A stretch of 43,905 bases of DNA from contig JWZX01003026.1 in assembly GCA_001275005.1 (NCBI GenBank), forward strand, positions 1 to 43,905. Direction: 5' to 3'. This stretch comes from Chrysochromulina tobinii (lineage: Eukaryota). Each line of letters begins with the position of its first letter. The stretch's first letter is position 1. Below the pieces are notes generated by a model. The model saw nothing but the letters and a program-made list of their open reading frames with translations. It had not been told where the DNA came from and ran no database searches. Shown in pieces: positions 19,830-30,936 of this stretch. The position numbers and the translations under genes are program-made.

Positions 19830-21529
19830 ATGAGACGCTCGTTGCTTCTTGCGAGCGGTCTCCTCTGCACAGCCTCGCGCCGGCTTCCGCCGCAGCTCTT
19901 GCACCTGCCAGCTGGTGGCGTCGCCCCAGCCGTTGGTGCTCGATGTTTGGCCGTGCCGCCGGTGCGGCGATGTCCTCAAGAGATCCTGCGCACCTGCGCA
20001 TCGGAGCAGGCTGGCGACAACATGCCCATCCTCTCGGTGAACACCGAGCTGGACTTCTCGCTGCCTTATCGCGTCCTCGCCTTCTATGCTATCGCACCCG
20101 TTGCTGCGCCCGACGACGCCGTCGCTGAGCACCGGCAATACCTCTTAAAGCACGACATGGTGGGCCGTGTGTACATCTGTGCGGATGGCCTGAACGCGCA
20201 GGTCAGCGGCACCACGGCGAGCTGCGAGGCCTACCGCGCCTTTGCGGCCGCCGCCTTCCCTGGCATACAGCTGTTTTTCAAGGAGGACCCGGTCGCCGAG
20301 CCCGCCTTTCCCAAGCTGCGCGTCAAGCATAAGGCGCTCGTGCCAGGTGTGGCAGTGGACCTTAACGCGCGCGGCGAAGACGTGGAGCCCGAGCGCTGGG
20401 CGGCGATGATCGCCCAGGGCGACGGCATCGGTGCGCCCCAACCCACAATCCTCGACGTGCGCAACGGGTACGAGTGGGACGTGGGCCACTTTGAGGGTGC
20501 CGAGCGGCCCACGCTGGACGAGTTTGCCGAGTTTGACGCGGCTGCGTATGGGCTCCCAACGGACCCTGAAGCGAAGAAGTCGACGCCCGTGATGATGTAC
20601 TGCACCGGTGGCATCCGTTGCGAGTACTTCTCCGCCAAGCTCAAGGCTGAGGGCTTCGAGAAGGTGTACAAGCTGCAGGGCGGCGTGCAGCACTACGGCA
20701 ACACGATGGCTGCCCGGGGTGGGGCTGCCCGCGTGCAAGAAGAGGTGCAGGTACCGGTGCAGGCGGCGGCGGCGGCGGCGGCTGAGCAGGTGGCGGAACA
20801 CGGCCCGCCGAGCAGTGCGAGCAGCAGCAGTGGCAGCAGTGGCAGCAGCAGCGGCAGCGGCAGCGGCCATGATGGCGGCGGCAGCGAGAGCGGTGTGAGC
20901 TCACCGCTAGTACGTCTCGCGGCTAGAGAGGGTCAGAGGCGAGGCAAGGCGAGCACGGCCAGCACGGGTCCCGTGCCCCATTGGCGGGGCTCCATGTTTG
21001 TCTTTGACCGGCGCAACACGGTGCGCTTCGGCGCCGAGGGGGCGGTGGCGATCGGATCCGATAGCATCGAGCCTATTGGCCAGTGCGAGCACTGTAGCGC
21101 AAAGACCGAGGCTTTCATCAATTGCGTACGCGGCCGCCTTCAGAGACACTCGAACGCATGCGCCACGTGCAACTAGGTCCACCCTCCCAAGCGCGCACCA
21201 AGCCATCAATTGTGAGCATGTGCATGCTCTGCCCCCCCCCCTCGTGGACGCAGTGCAACATCGACTGCAATCGGCTTCATCTCGTGTGTCCGCGGTGCCT
21301 GGCGGAGAGGCGGGGCTTCTGCTGCGAGTCATGCAACGACGCGCCTCGCCGCCGGCCTCTCGACCTGCTGGCGGCGACGGACGAGAATGGGCAGTTCGAC
21401 TTCAAGGCGGCGATCGCGGCCACGCAGGGCCCGCTACCTGGCCAAGCCGACCCCAACAAGCTGGTGAACGTGAAGCCTGCTAACGTGCCACGCAAGTTGT
21501 GGGACGCCGACGTCCATGGCACGAGGTAA
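19830..21529 (+). CDS. trhO: rhodanese-domain tRNA U34 hydroxylase TrhO (UPF0176/YceA family), probably organelle-targeted; intron 21126-21253
   Basis: GRVYICADGLNAQVSG, FPKLRVK, ILDVRNGYEWDVGHF, MYCTGGIRCE, LQGGVQHY, WRGSMFVFDRR. Splicing gives FINC|CNIDCNRLHLVC...CCESC. The N-terminus is Arg/Ser-rich like a transit peptide. Confidence 0.9.
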
Positions 21530-21692
21530 GGATCTAAGTCAAATTGGATCCCAACGGTTCAGGTACCCGGTAGTTTGCAGTTTGAGCCGGCTGCCTTCCC
21601 CGCTCCGCGGACGTGCTATTTGGGGGGTATTTCACTTACGTTAATGTTTGCGGTGAACTTGCGCGTTCTGACGAAACCGCGCAATTCCGAGC

Positions 21693-24600
21693 ATGTTCGG
21701 TCTTCTCGTCGCTGCGGCTGCGGCCGAACCTGATTGGCGCACAGTGGCCTGGCACACCATCACCGAGGAGCCGCAGCACAATATGAAGGGCAAGCCTATC
21801 ATCTCCGGCGGCATGCCCATGGGAAACGGCGAGACCACGGCCCTTGTGTTCCCTGTTGGAAAGGCGTTCAACACCTCGGCGACCTTTGGCCTGGGGGCTG
21901 GCGTGCACATCAGGCTCGGAATGATGACGGCCATGGCATCTGATATGGCGCCCATGGAGCTCGGCATCGTCAGTATCATCACGGACCCACCGCTCGGAGA
22001 CGTTGGTTTCCTCCAGGAGCTGTACCTTCACAATGCAACCGTTGAGGTGTCCACTTCAGTCGGCAGTGTGCTCGTCTGGGTTGACGCCTCCAGCAACCGC
22101 GTGACCGCGCAGGTCTCGGGCAATTTCAGAGACGTCTCGGTGCTTGTCAGTTCGTTGCGACCAGCGGAGCGTTTCGCTTACGGTGGGCGGTGCTCCAAGC
22201 CCACCTCGGCGCCGGACGTGTTCTCGGTCCCAGCGGGTCCAGGTAGTCTCGGGCTGTCGCACCGCAACGACGACTCGGACATCGCGCTGCTCGACAAGCC
22301 CGCCGCCTTCAACAGCACACTCGATCAGCAAGGGCTGAGCTCGCTCTCTGACGAGCTGCAGCCGATGGATGCCTGGCGTCACCTCACGTTTGGATTCGTC
22401 GTCTCGTCCGACGCGCTGGTCGCCAAGCCAGGCCGGCGAGATTTCCTCCAGGGCAAGGCGAGGGCGGCCGTTGGGGAGTGGACTACGAGAGAGATTGTCA
22501 TCACGACGCTCGCACAGCAGTCCCCAAGCCAGGCAGCTTGGGAGCGGGCAGCCTCGGAGTTGCACACGTCCCATCGCCGACTCGATGCGGCCCAGGCGCG
22601 GGGCGAGCACGTGGCGAGCTGGGCCTCCTTTTGGGAGCGCTCGCATATTTGGGTCTCCGGCGAGACGGCGGCTGGTGACGCCAATCGTGCTGCCCGTACG
22701 CTGAGCGCTTCCCTAGACCGCAGCCTCTCGCGCGAGGCGGCGGTGCGTGCGCTGCGCGCTCTCATGCCGCAGGACGCGCTCCTCTCCCTAGACGCGTCCA
22801 CGCTCACGCTTGCCGATGGCGCTCGTGTCGCCAAATGGCCCGACACGGGCAGCCAAGGGCACGACGCGTCGCAGCCGGACCCCTCGCGGCAGCCCATCTT
22901 CCGCGTTGCAGGCGCAGTGGGGGGGCGGCCCGCCGTCGTCTTTGACGGAGCGACGACGTTCCTCGCCAATAAGGACATGCCGCTTCCGTCGCAGTCGACC
23001 ATCGTTGCCGTCTTCCAAGACCACGGTACAGCTAATGACTGCTGCACGGGGGTCTTCTACTCCGGCGGCGGCTGCAACGGGCTCAGTACGCAACACGCAT
23101 CGTTCGACAACGACCCGAACGCGTCAGTGCTCTTGATCGATTGGAGTGGCTCGACGGACACGGGCACGGACGACGTGAAGAACCGTCAGATTGTCGCGAG
23201 CGTCGTGTACAATGCGAGCGGCGCCTTTTCCTTCGCCGACGGCTGCCTGCAGAGCCAGACGGGCTCCCAGGTCGGCGCGGCAGGTAAGAGCTTCATGATC
23301 GGCTCGCGCAATAACGAGATGGGCCGCTTTTTCAACGGCACCATCAGCGAGATCCTCGTCTACGCGCGGCCGCTCAATGCGACCGAACTTGCCGCTGTGC
23401 ACACATACCTGCTGACCAAGTGGCCGGCGGGCAGCCCGCTACGCTGCCGCGGCCTTGGAGACGAACTGCTCGAGCTCACTAGACGCTATGCGCAGACGCG
23501 GTACGTCCAGGCTATCCAGGCCGGCACGTGGGTGCCGATCAAGTTCAACGGGATGGCGTTCACGAGCCAGCTGCCGCCCGAGACGACGAGCTCGGGGCCC
23601 ACCTATCGCGACTGGGGCAGCTGTAACTGGTGGCAGAACACGCGACTTGCGTACTGGAACATGCTCGCCCCAGCCGACTTTGACAGTCTCGAAACTATCC
23701 TCGAGTACTTTCGACGAATGCTGCCCCTTCTCGAGCGAAGGACTCCCCTGGCGTTCAACCATTCGGGCATCTACATCACGGAGACGAGCACGCTCTTTGG
23801 GCTGTACGATCCATGCGACTACGGCAAGTCTGCTGCGGAACGCACACCAGCCGATGTGCCCTTCGGCTACGAGGAGAGCCGTTGGACCCGATTCGACTTT
23901 GGCGGCGATGGCGGTCTTCCCGAGCTGTGCATGATGCTGCTGGACCACTACCTGTACACCCTTGACGACACGATGATGGCTAAGTACTTGCCGTTGCTCA
24001 GTGGCACCCTCGACTTTTTCGCGCGCCACTACAACTACAGCGCGGCTGATGGCAAGCTACGAATCTTTCCCACGCAGGCCCTCGAGACCTATCAATGTCC
24101 CAACTGGCCTGCCACGGAAGCTGACTGCCCACTCAACGACCACCCGACAGTGGCCGCGCTACACGTGCTCACAGAGCGAGCACTCGAGCTGCCCACCAGC
24201 CTCACGAGCGCGGCGCAGCGCACGCAGTGGGCCGCCCTACGCGCCTCGTTGCCTGAGCTGCCGATGGTCTTTGAGGAGGGGAGGACTGTAGTGGCACCCT
24301 ACGAGGGCTATCCGAAAAACGGCATCACGACGGGCAACGTGGAGACTCCGGAGCTCTACTCGACGCACCCGTTCCGACTGCTTACGCTCGCCGCCTCCCG
24401 CTCGCGCGGCGTCGACATTGCGCCGTCCATCTACTGCCTGGAGCAATCGAGTCGGTCGACCTGCCGCTACTCAGACGACAACGAGGGCTGGACGCAGGGG
24501 CTCATGAACGCCGCGCTACTTGGGCGCGCTAGCCGGGCGGCAAGCAAGGTGCTGGAGCGCTCAAAGACGAAACCGGCGATCGGTTACCGCTTCCCTGCGT

Positions 24601-24881
24601 TCATGGACCACATGCAAGATTACCAGCCGTCGGAGGACCACCTGGCAAACTTGAACACTGCCTTGCAGTTTATGCTCCTCTCCCCCGCTGACGATGGCCT
24701 CGAGGCGGGCGGTGTGCTGCTTTTCCCGGCATGGCCTTGCTCGTGGGATGTGGACTTCCGGCTCGCGGCGCCGCGAAAGACCTACGTCAGCGGCGCTCTC
24801 GTCAACGGCACACTCGTGCGCCTCGACGTGGATCCGCCCGAGCGAAAGGGTGCTGTGACCGTCCTGCCATGCCAACCGTAG
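21693..24881 (+). CDS. secreted GH95-like/DUF5703-type (alpha/alpha)6 glycoside hydrolase with an inserted LamG/concanavalin-like domain
   Basis: Signal peptide, then MPMGNGE, WASFWERSHI, PIKFNG, YRDWGSCNWWQNTRLAYW, FPTQALETY, NVETPELYSTHPF, GYRFPAF, LFPAWPCSWDVDFRL. Intronless. Confidence 0.8.
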   Translation: MFGLLVAAAAAEPDWRTVAWHTITEEPQHNMKGKPIISGGMPMGNGETTALVFPVGKAFNTSATFGLGAGVHIRLGMMTAMASDMAPMELGIVSIITDPPLGDVGFLQELYLHNATVEVSTSVGSVLVWVDASSNRVTAQVSGNFRDVSVLVSSLRPAERFAYGGRCSKPTSAPDVFSVPAGPGSLGLSHRNDDSDIALLDKPAAFNSTLDQQGLSSLSDELQPMDAWRHLTFGFVVSSDALVAKPGRRDFLQGKARAAVGEWTTREIVITTLAQQSPSQAAWERAASELHTSHRRLDAAQARGEHVASWASFWERSHIWVSGETAAGDANRAARTLSASLDRSLSREAAVRALRALMPQDALLSLDASTLTLADGARVAKWPDTGSQGHDASQPDPSRQPIFRVAGAVGGRPAVVFDGATTFLANKDMPLPSQSTIVAVFQDHGTANDCCTGVFYSGGGCNGLSTQHASFDNDPNASVLLIDWSGSTDTGTDDVKNRQIVASVVYNASGAFSFADGCLQSQTGSQVGAAGKSFMIGSRNNEMGRFFNGTISEILVYARPLNATELAAVHTYLLTKWPAGSPLRCRGLGDELLELTRRYAQTRYVQAIQAGTWVPIKFNGMAFTSQLPPETTSSGPTYRDWGSCNWWQNTRLAYWNMLAPADFDSLETILEYFRRMLPLLERRTPLAFNHSGIYITETSTLFGLYDPCDYGKSAAERTPADVPFGYEESRWTRFDFGGDGGLPELCMMLLDHYLYTLDDTMMAKYLPLLSGTLDFFARHYNYSAADGKLRIFPTQALETYQCPNWPATEADCPLNDHPTVAALHVLTERALELPTSLTSAAQRTQWAALRASLPELPMVFEEGRTVVAPYEGYPKNGITTGNVETPELYSTHPFRLLTLAASRSRGVDIAPSIYCLEQSSRSTCRYSDDNEGWTQGLMNAALLGRASRAASKVLERSKTKPAIGYRFPAFMDHMQDYQPSEDHLANLNTALQFMLLSPADDGLEAGGVLLFPAWPCSWDVDFRLAAPRKTYVSGALVNGTLVRLDVDPPERKGAVTVLPCQP

Positions 24882-25391
24882 CCGTCGACGATGACAGAGT
24901 CTCTTAGCGCGCACGGCAGTCAAAACTTGAATCTTTCCTTGGGGGGAGTCTGGGTCGGTGGGGGGGCTCCCCGTGGCTAACAGTGAGGCGAGATCCTTAT
25001 CTCCGCACTCCGCTGTTACGGTGTTCTCGTTGGGCTTGTCGAGGTCGCGGCGGATCTCGCGGCGACGCGACTCGACTCGGGACGCGCGGCCGGGACGGGG
25101 ATGCACCGGACGCCCACGCCATGGTTGCCGGACGCTGCGCGGCCGCGGGTGGGATCCAGTGGCCTCCGGTGGGATCAAGTTATTATTTAAGACTTCGGCG
25201 CATTTGTGCCTCCGTCGCGCGACGTAACGTCGTAAGTCGTAACCAAGATACTATGTAATTAACCAACCGAAATAACAAACCTGGCTCGGTGGCTGGTGCG
25301 TGGTACAGCGCGGCCGCAACGCCGGCGCTCCAGGCTGATCCTGCAATCTGACTGCCCGCCGCTGGCGCTGACGCTGACTGCAATCAAACAT

Positions 25392-26379
25392 TCAATCTAT
25401 CGCGGTGGCCTTCCGATGATGGTCGCTATGTGCCTGATCGACAAACATGCGGTAGTGGCGCAGAAGGTTACCTATGATGGTCAAATCGTAGGGATTGCGC
25501 TCCCCGTCAGTGATGGCCGGGTCTCGCCCACGGATCCCGCAGCACCTTGCGTCTCCCCACCAGGCGCCACTGCTCGACGGTTGCTTCGCCATCAGCTTCG
25601 GATCGGCCACCACTGGTACCGACGCTTCCGCGAGGTCGGGCCGCCACACCTTGGACGGGCTTGCAGGGGGAAGCCCCTGGCAAGGGCTGGCATTCGATTT
25701 CGATGGGCTGCCAGCCTTACCCTCCTCCTCCTCCTCCTCCTCCTCATTGTCCAACTCGGGCCGCCACATCACAGTGCCGCCCGGCAGCGCGGGAGAGCCT
25801 GCTACATATCCCGGGGAGTCTGCTGCATATGCGGGAGAGCCGGATGCTAAGAGGCCTTGGCGAAGACGCAGTTCGGCGGCGGCCTGCGCGCGTGCCTGTG
25901 CCGCGTAAGCTTCGCGCGCTACTTGAGCTGCCTCGAGCTGTTCTTGGAGTGTCTCCTTGGCATTTACAAGCTCCTTGAGCTGAGCCGCTTGGGCGGCTTG
26001 CTCCTTTTGCAGCGCAGCCAGCTGCGAGGCCAGCGCCTCTGATGGCCCGCCATTCGCTGTGTCATTTGTTGCGTCCACCGGAGGCTTCTGACTCGAGGGC
26101 TGACCCTGCGCCTTTGCTTGCATGAGGCTGGCTGCTCGCTCCTTTGGAATGTCGTCTATCTCTTTCTTCTTGCCCTCTTCCTCCTCTCGAAAGTGGACAG
26201 CCCACTCCACGGTCATCCACGAACCGTCCTCGCGATCCAGCGCATTGGCCCACTTCACCTTGCATTCCTCGCAATAGTCTCTTCCAGCTGCCGTGTGCCA
26301 CACGCGCATCTCTCCTATGAGGACCTTGCCGCAGTTGATCCCGTCGCAGCACAGCACTTGTGGCCCCGCCTCCTCCTCC

Positions 26380-26414
<35 letters not shown>

Positions 26415-27623
26415 CTCCTCCTCCTTCCCTTCCACCCCCTCGCCCTCGGCCGCCACGGCCGCCAACGGTTCCTCTTTCGGCGCCCTCACGAACGCAAGCT
26501 CGGCAGCGCTCGCAACGTCCGCTTGCCAGCGACGTCCATCAGTGCTCCAGAAGCTGCTGCCAGTGCGCGCGAGCACCTGCTTGCGCAGCTGAGCGACGTC
26601 CTCGTGGAAGTCGTCGATCGCCGTGCCGGTTAGGTTGCATCGGAGGAGCACGGAGCTCTGACAGAGCTCGGCGGGTAGCGCACCGATGGGATTACGCTCG
26701 AGGAAGAGCGTCTCGAGCATTGGCCAGCAGAGCGTGCTTTCCATGGGCGCTTTGGACGCTTTGCTCGCCAATGCTCGAGACGAGGAGCTACCGACAGCGC
26801 TGTCCAACCTCAGACCCACTTGGTGCGCCGTCGTGATCAGGGGTTGTGGGGCTCGAGAAGGTACGTATGGTCTGCTAGGTAGCTCGGTCAGCGCGTTGTC
26901 ACCGACCTGCAGGAAGCGTAGCGCTGCGCATGCGGTGAGCGACGATGGCAAAGTGGACAGCCCATTCTTCATCAAAAGCAGCCGCTGGAGCTTCGGCGTG
27001 GCGACAAAGTAGTCATCGGGCAGCGACGCAATGCGATTATTGTGCAGCTCGAGGAGCTCGAGCGCCGAGTTGGGCGAAAGCTCGGGCGGCGCCTCCAAAT
27101 TGTTGTTGTACAGCCGCAGCTCGACAAGTGAGTTGAGCGGCCCAAAGCTTGCGAGGCGCACGAGTCGGTTGTCGTACAAATTGAGCACTTTGACGTTGGT
27201 CCAGCCCTCGACGGAGGTGAGAGCGAGGAGCTTATTGGCGGCGACATTGACCTCTTCGAGGGAGCTCAAAGAGCCTACCTCAGGAGGCAGCTTGATCAGC
27301 TGGTTATTGAACACGTTGAGCACCCTGAGCTTCTTCAGCTTACCGACAGCTGCGGGCAACGCCTTGATTCCGTTGCGGTATAGGATGAGCTCTTCGAGCT
27401 CCGTGCACTCGCCGATAGCGTCCGTAAGTGCGGTCAGCTTATTGTCACTCGCGTCCAGCATCGTGAGCCCGCTGAGCATGCTGACGATCATCTCAGGCAA
27501 CGTCGAGAGGAGGTTGGAAGAGACGTTGAGCGTCGCGACTGTCGCAGGATCGACCACATCTGGCAGATCGGTGAGCGCCTGGAGGCGTTGGTCGTGCAAA
27601 TCCACGATGAAGGCCGCGACCAT
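25392..27623 (-). CDS. leucine-rich repeat protein with a poly-Glu tract, a small Cys cluster and a coiled coil
   Basis: Many LxxLxLxxNxL repeats (LEELILYRNGI, LRVLNVFNNQL, LVELRLYNNNL), the cluster CCDGINC...YCEEC and heptads LASQLAALQKEQ. ATG at 27623. Confidence 0.85.
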
Positions 27624-27921
27624 GCCCACTTTGGGTAGGGTCGAACGTTACAAATGTTAAACATGTCGCGGATTTTGGACAACACGGAACGTTTCTGTCC
27701 AGACGTGACTTGACATGACACAGATAAAACTGCAACTGCGCACCCCGGTCAATTCATCGGAGACAAACAGAAGACTGTCTTGAATACAAGGCAAATCAAA
27801 CACGATAAAAAACAGACAACTAAGGAAGCCTATCGAGTGTGCTCTCGAGGCTAGCAGCGGAGGTGCCCTAACTTGACTTCTTGTTCAGCTGTTCACGCAC
27901 TTAGCCGTGAAGGCGAAGGAA

Positions 27922-29772
27922 ATGGCGTTCAGCACCCAGACGACGGTCTGGGTGAAGCCGCTGCCGTCGGAGGCTCGTGGCTGGCCGGCCCGCTCGCAGC
28001 CGTGCAACCTCGTCGCACGACTCACCAGTGGGCTCAACGAGGCGTACGCCTCCGTGCGCGCCTCGCGCGTGCAGGGTCGCCACTTACCCCTGCCAATTGA
28101 GACGAGTGCAGACGGCCAGCTCGTGCTCTCGCTGACAATGCCGCTGATCGCGCAGCGATACCGCTACCTGCACACGCTCTCCGCATCCGATCTCTCACAG
28201 CTTGTGAGCGCCGTCGACACGTACCGAAGCTGCCCTCCGGCGGTCGATGGCCGTCGCTTGCCTCTCGTCGCGCTCAAGATCCTCAATGCGCAGCACTGGG
28301 CGCTCGGCGCGCAGGAGTACGAGCGTATGCGGCAGCTGTGGCGAGACCTCTCGCGCGAGGGCGTGGAACCGAGCCTCGCGCAAGCGCGCACGCACTTTGA
28401 GCAGGGCGCGCACTTTTGCATCGTCTTCGACTTGCTGATGCCGCTGTCATCTCTGGATTGCAGCGCAAATTTCCCGGCGCTCGGCCCCGCTGGCGGCAGC
28501 GCGGCCGTGTCCATGGCGGCGCACACGTCAGCCGCGGGTGCTGCGACGACGTTTGCGCGGCCGCGGCCGTTGGTGGGCACGCTCACGCCCGCGCCGCCGA
28601 CGGCCTTCGGCGCCGCCAGCCCTTTTGCACCCATGCTCAGCAACGGCGCGGCGGCCGCGGGCCCGAGCGCAGCCGCCTCCGGCAGCGCCGGCTCCGTACG
28701 CGCGCCGCGGCCTCGGCTCGCGATCGAGACGCTGCGCCTTGCGAGTGCGCAGCTGCTCGGCGCGCTGGCGAGCATGCACAGTCGACAGCTGGTTCACGCC
28801 GATCTCAAGCCCGATAACATCATGCTCGAACCTCCGCTGCCACCGGGCGCGGGAGAGAGGGCGGGCGCGTCGCGTGCGCTTTCCGCGCCCGGCGGCAGCG
28901 GGCTGGGGGGCCGCGTGCTGCTCATCGACTTTTCGAATGCGATGGGGCTTCACGAGGCGCCTGCGTACCATGATGACTTCGAAGTGCAGACCCTCGCGTA
29001 CCGCGCGCCCGAGGTCGTGTATGGCGTCCCGTTTGGGTGCGCGATCGACCTATGGTCCTTTGGGGTGACGCTCGCTGAGCTGTACAGCGGGCGCGCGCTC
29101 TTGCATGCCGCCTCGCGTGGTGGCCTCGCCGTGGAGCTCGCGGGGATGCTCGGGCAGCCTCCGCCGCGCCTCTTCGGCGCGGGCAAGTATGCGCCTCAGC
29201 TGCTTCCTCTCGTGGCACACACCGCCGAGCCGCTCACGCTCATGCTGCGCCGGCAGCGGTTGAGCGCCGTTCTGAGCGCACCCACGGACGCGCCCGCGCA
29301 GCAGCTCGTCGATCTGCTCGCGCGGCTGCTCACTTACGATCCGGCTGAGCGACTCGACGCGCGCGAGGCGCTCTGCCACCCCTTCCTCGCGCCAACGTTT
29401 CCGTTCCGCGCGCTCCTGAGCGCTGCCCCGCCGCCGCCACCGGTGGCGCAGGCGGCCACGCAGGCTGCAGAGGCGGCCGGTGCGCGGACGTTCAAGAGCG
29501 AGACTAGCAACGGTGGCGGGAGGCCGGCCGCGCCGCCGAGCGTCGCCGAGGCACTCGCCGAGGCGCCGGCCGCCGCCAAGGGCGCAGCGCTGACCGCGAA
29601 TGGCAGCCCGGGAGGAGCCGCGCGGGTACCAAAGCGCAAATTTGGCTTGGGGACTGGCATCGGCATCGGATCCACGCCCAGCCCGGTGATTAGCCCGAGG
29701 GCGCCTTCGAGGCCGCGCCCAGCCCCCGGAACGATGGCGGTGACATCGCTGGAACGATCGCTGGAACGATGA
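27922..29772 (+). CDS. atypical CMGC Ser/Thr kinase (DYRK/HIPK-like)
   Basis: VALKIL, HFCIVFDLL, HADLKPDNIML, IDFSNA, VQTLAYRAPEV, IDLWSFGVTLAELYSG, LLTYDPAERL..EALCHPF. Confidence 0.85.
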   Translation: MAFSTQTTVWVKPLPSEARGWPARSQPCNLVARLTSGLNEAYASVRASRVQGRHLPLPIETSADGQLVLSLTMPLIAQRYRYLHTLSASDLSQLVSAVDTYRSCPPAVDGRRLPLVALKILNAQHWALGAQEYERMRQLWRDLSREGVEPSLAQARTHFEQGAHFCIVFDLLMPLSSLDCSANFPALGPAGGSAAVSMAAHTSAAGAATTFARPRPLVGTLTPAPPTAFGAASPFAPMLSNGAAAAGPSAAASGSAGSVRAPRPRLAIETLRLASAQLLGALASMHSRQLVHADLKPDNIMLEPPLPPGAGERAGASRALSAPGGSGLGGRVLLIDFSNAMGLHEAPAYHDDFEVQTLAYRAPEVVYGVPFGCAIDLWSFGVTLAELYSGRALLHAASRGGLAVELAGMLGQPPPRLFGAGKYAPQLLPLVAHTAEPLTLMLRRQRLSAVLSAPTDAPAQQLVDLLARLLTYDPAERLDAREALCHPFLAPTFPFRALLSAAPPPPPVAQAATQAAEAAGARTFKSETSNGGGRPAAPPSVAEALAEAPAAAKGAALTANGSPGGAARVPKRKFGLGTGIGIGSTPSPVISPRAPSRPRPAPGTMAVTSLERSLER

Positions 29773-29994
29773 GGTCTGAGAGATCAGTGCTTTGTACTAC
29801 GTAAGTCCGTGAGTGCGCGTGCTGAGACGGGTAACAGGACGCTGCGCGCGTTTGTGGAAGGCTCACGCTCGCGAATCTTGATACAATCGCCGTCATGGTC
29901 GAAGCATGCATTTGCAAACTACAAACTTTTAAGTCTTGGGCCCGCGTAAACTCGAAGTGCAGAGAGACAAGAGCAGTGAAGTAGAGTGGCCTCG

Positions 29995-30363
29995 ATGAAG
30001 CGCGGTGCCGCCGTCAACTTGGACTTCGCCGCACAGCTCACCGAAGCGGCCGAAGCTGCGATCGCCTCCTTCGACGAGGCCTCCAAGAAGAGCAAGACGT
30101 GTGCGGTCTCAGCTGCCAAGAAGGTGCTTGCCGACATGGAGAAGATGATGGCCCAAGGAGCAGAGAAACTCGAATCGACGCGGGGCGAGTTGAAGCTCTT
30201 CCGGGACGAGGTGCGCACGATCCAGCAACGCGAAAAGTCGGATCTCTCCGCGCTGACCGAACAGTACAAAGCCAAGGCCAAGGCGGTAAGCTCTGATGCG
30301 ATGCGCAAGCTGCACAAGCTCTCCTCATCCGTGCACGGCGAGGACGAGAGCGATGTCGAGTGA
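29995..30363 (+). CDS. small coiled-coil protein of unknown function (122 aa)
   Basis: ATG at 29995, GC3-rich codons and a charged helical sequence. Confidence 0.6.
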   Translation: MKRGAAVNLDFAAQLTEAAEAAIASFDEASKKSKTCAVSAAKKVLADMEKMMAQGAEKLESTRGELKLFRDEVRTIQQREKSDLSALTEQYKAKAKAVSSDAMRKLHKLSSSVHGEDESDVE

Positions 30364-30936
30364 GAGTGCGAGTCGACGCTCGCGCCGGAGAGAGCATCGG
30401 TGAGTGGCATGGAGACGGAGTGCAGCTGCTCTGAACTCGTCAGATCGGCCACGACTCCGGCCGCACCGCACGCTACACGCGCCCACGAGCGACGAGGCAC
30501 ATCACTCCTCGCCTCTCTACGCCGGTTCGCCCGCAGCACAAACGAGAACACATGCGTTCGATACATTCGTCAACAGATGTGCTGGAGCCCTGTGGGTGTG
30601 TGGAGCGCGCGCAGAGCCAGAGGCGAGGGGCAACGCGGCGCGTGGCTGGAGAGGCCTCAAGCGGCATCACTTGTGGTCGGTCGGAATCGCGGAGTGTAAC
30701 GACTCACAGTCGAACACGGCTCACGGGCCGCTGGTAAAGTTACGCGTAATCATGGCGCCGTCGTGCTCCTACCGTGATCCGTGTGGGGAGCCGCGCGATG
30801 CATTCGAGTTTCGACGCGTATCTTTTCGCACGCTTTTTTAGCCTCGGGGCCGACGCCCCGCTCGCACGCCACCACCTAACCACCGACGGGCGCCACAGCC
30901 ACCGCTCGGCACCCGCGAGTGTCTTCATACCGTACT

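Noticed and set aside
29995..30699. Possible UGA readthrough of the small coiled-coil gene (DVE-TGA-ECES..., frame open to 30699)
   Set aside because: I found no SECIS-like AUGA/AA/GA hairpin downstream, and the extension does not look protein-like; open frames are common at this GC content.
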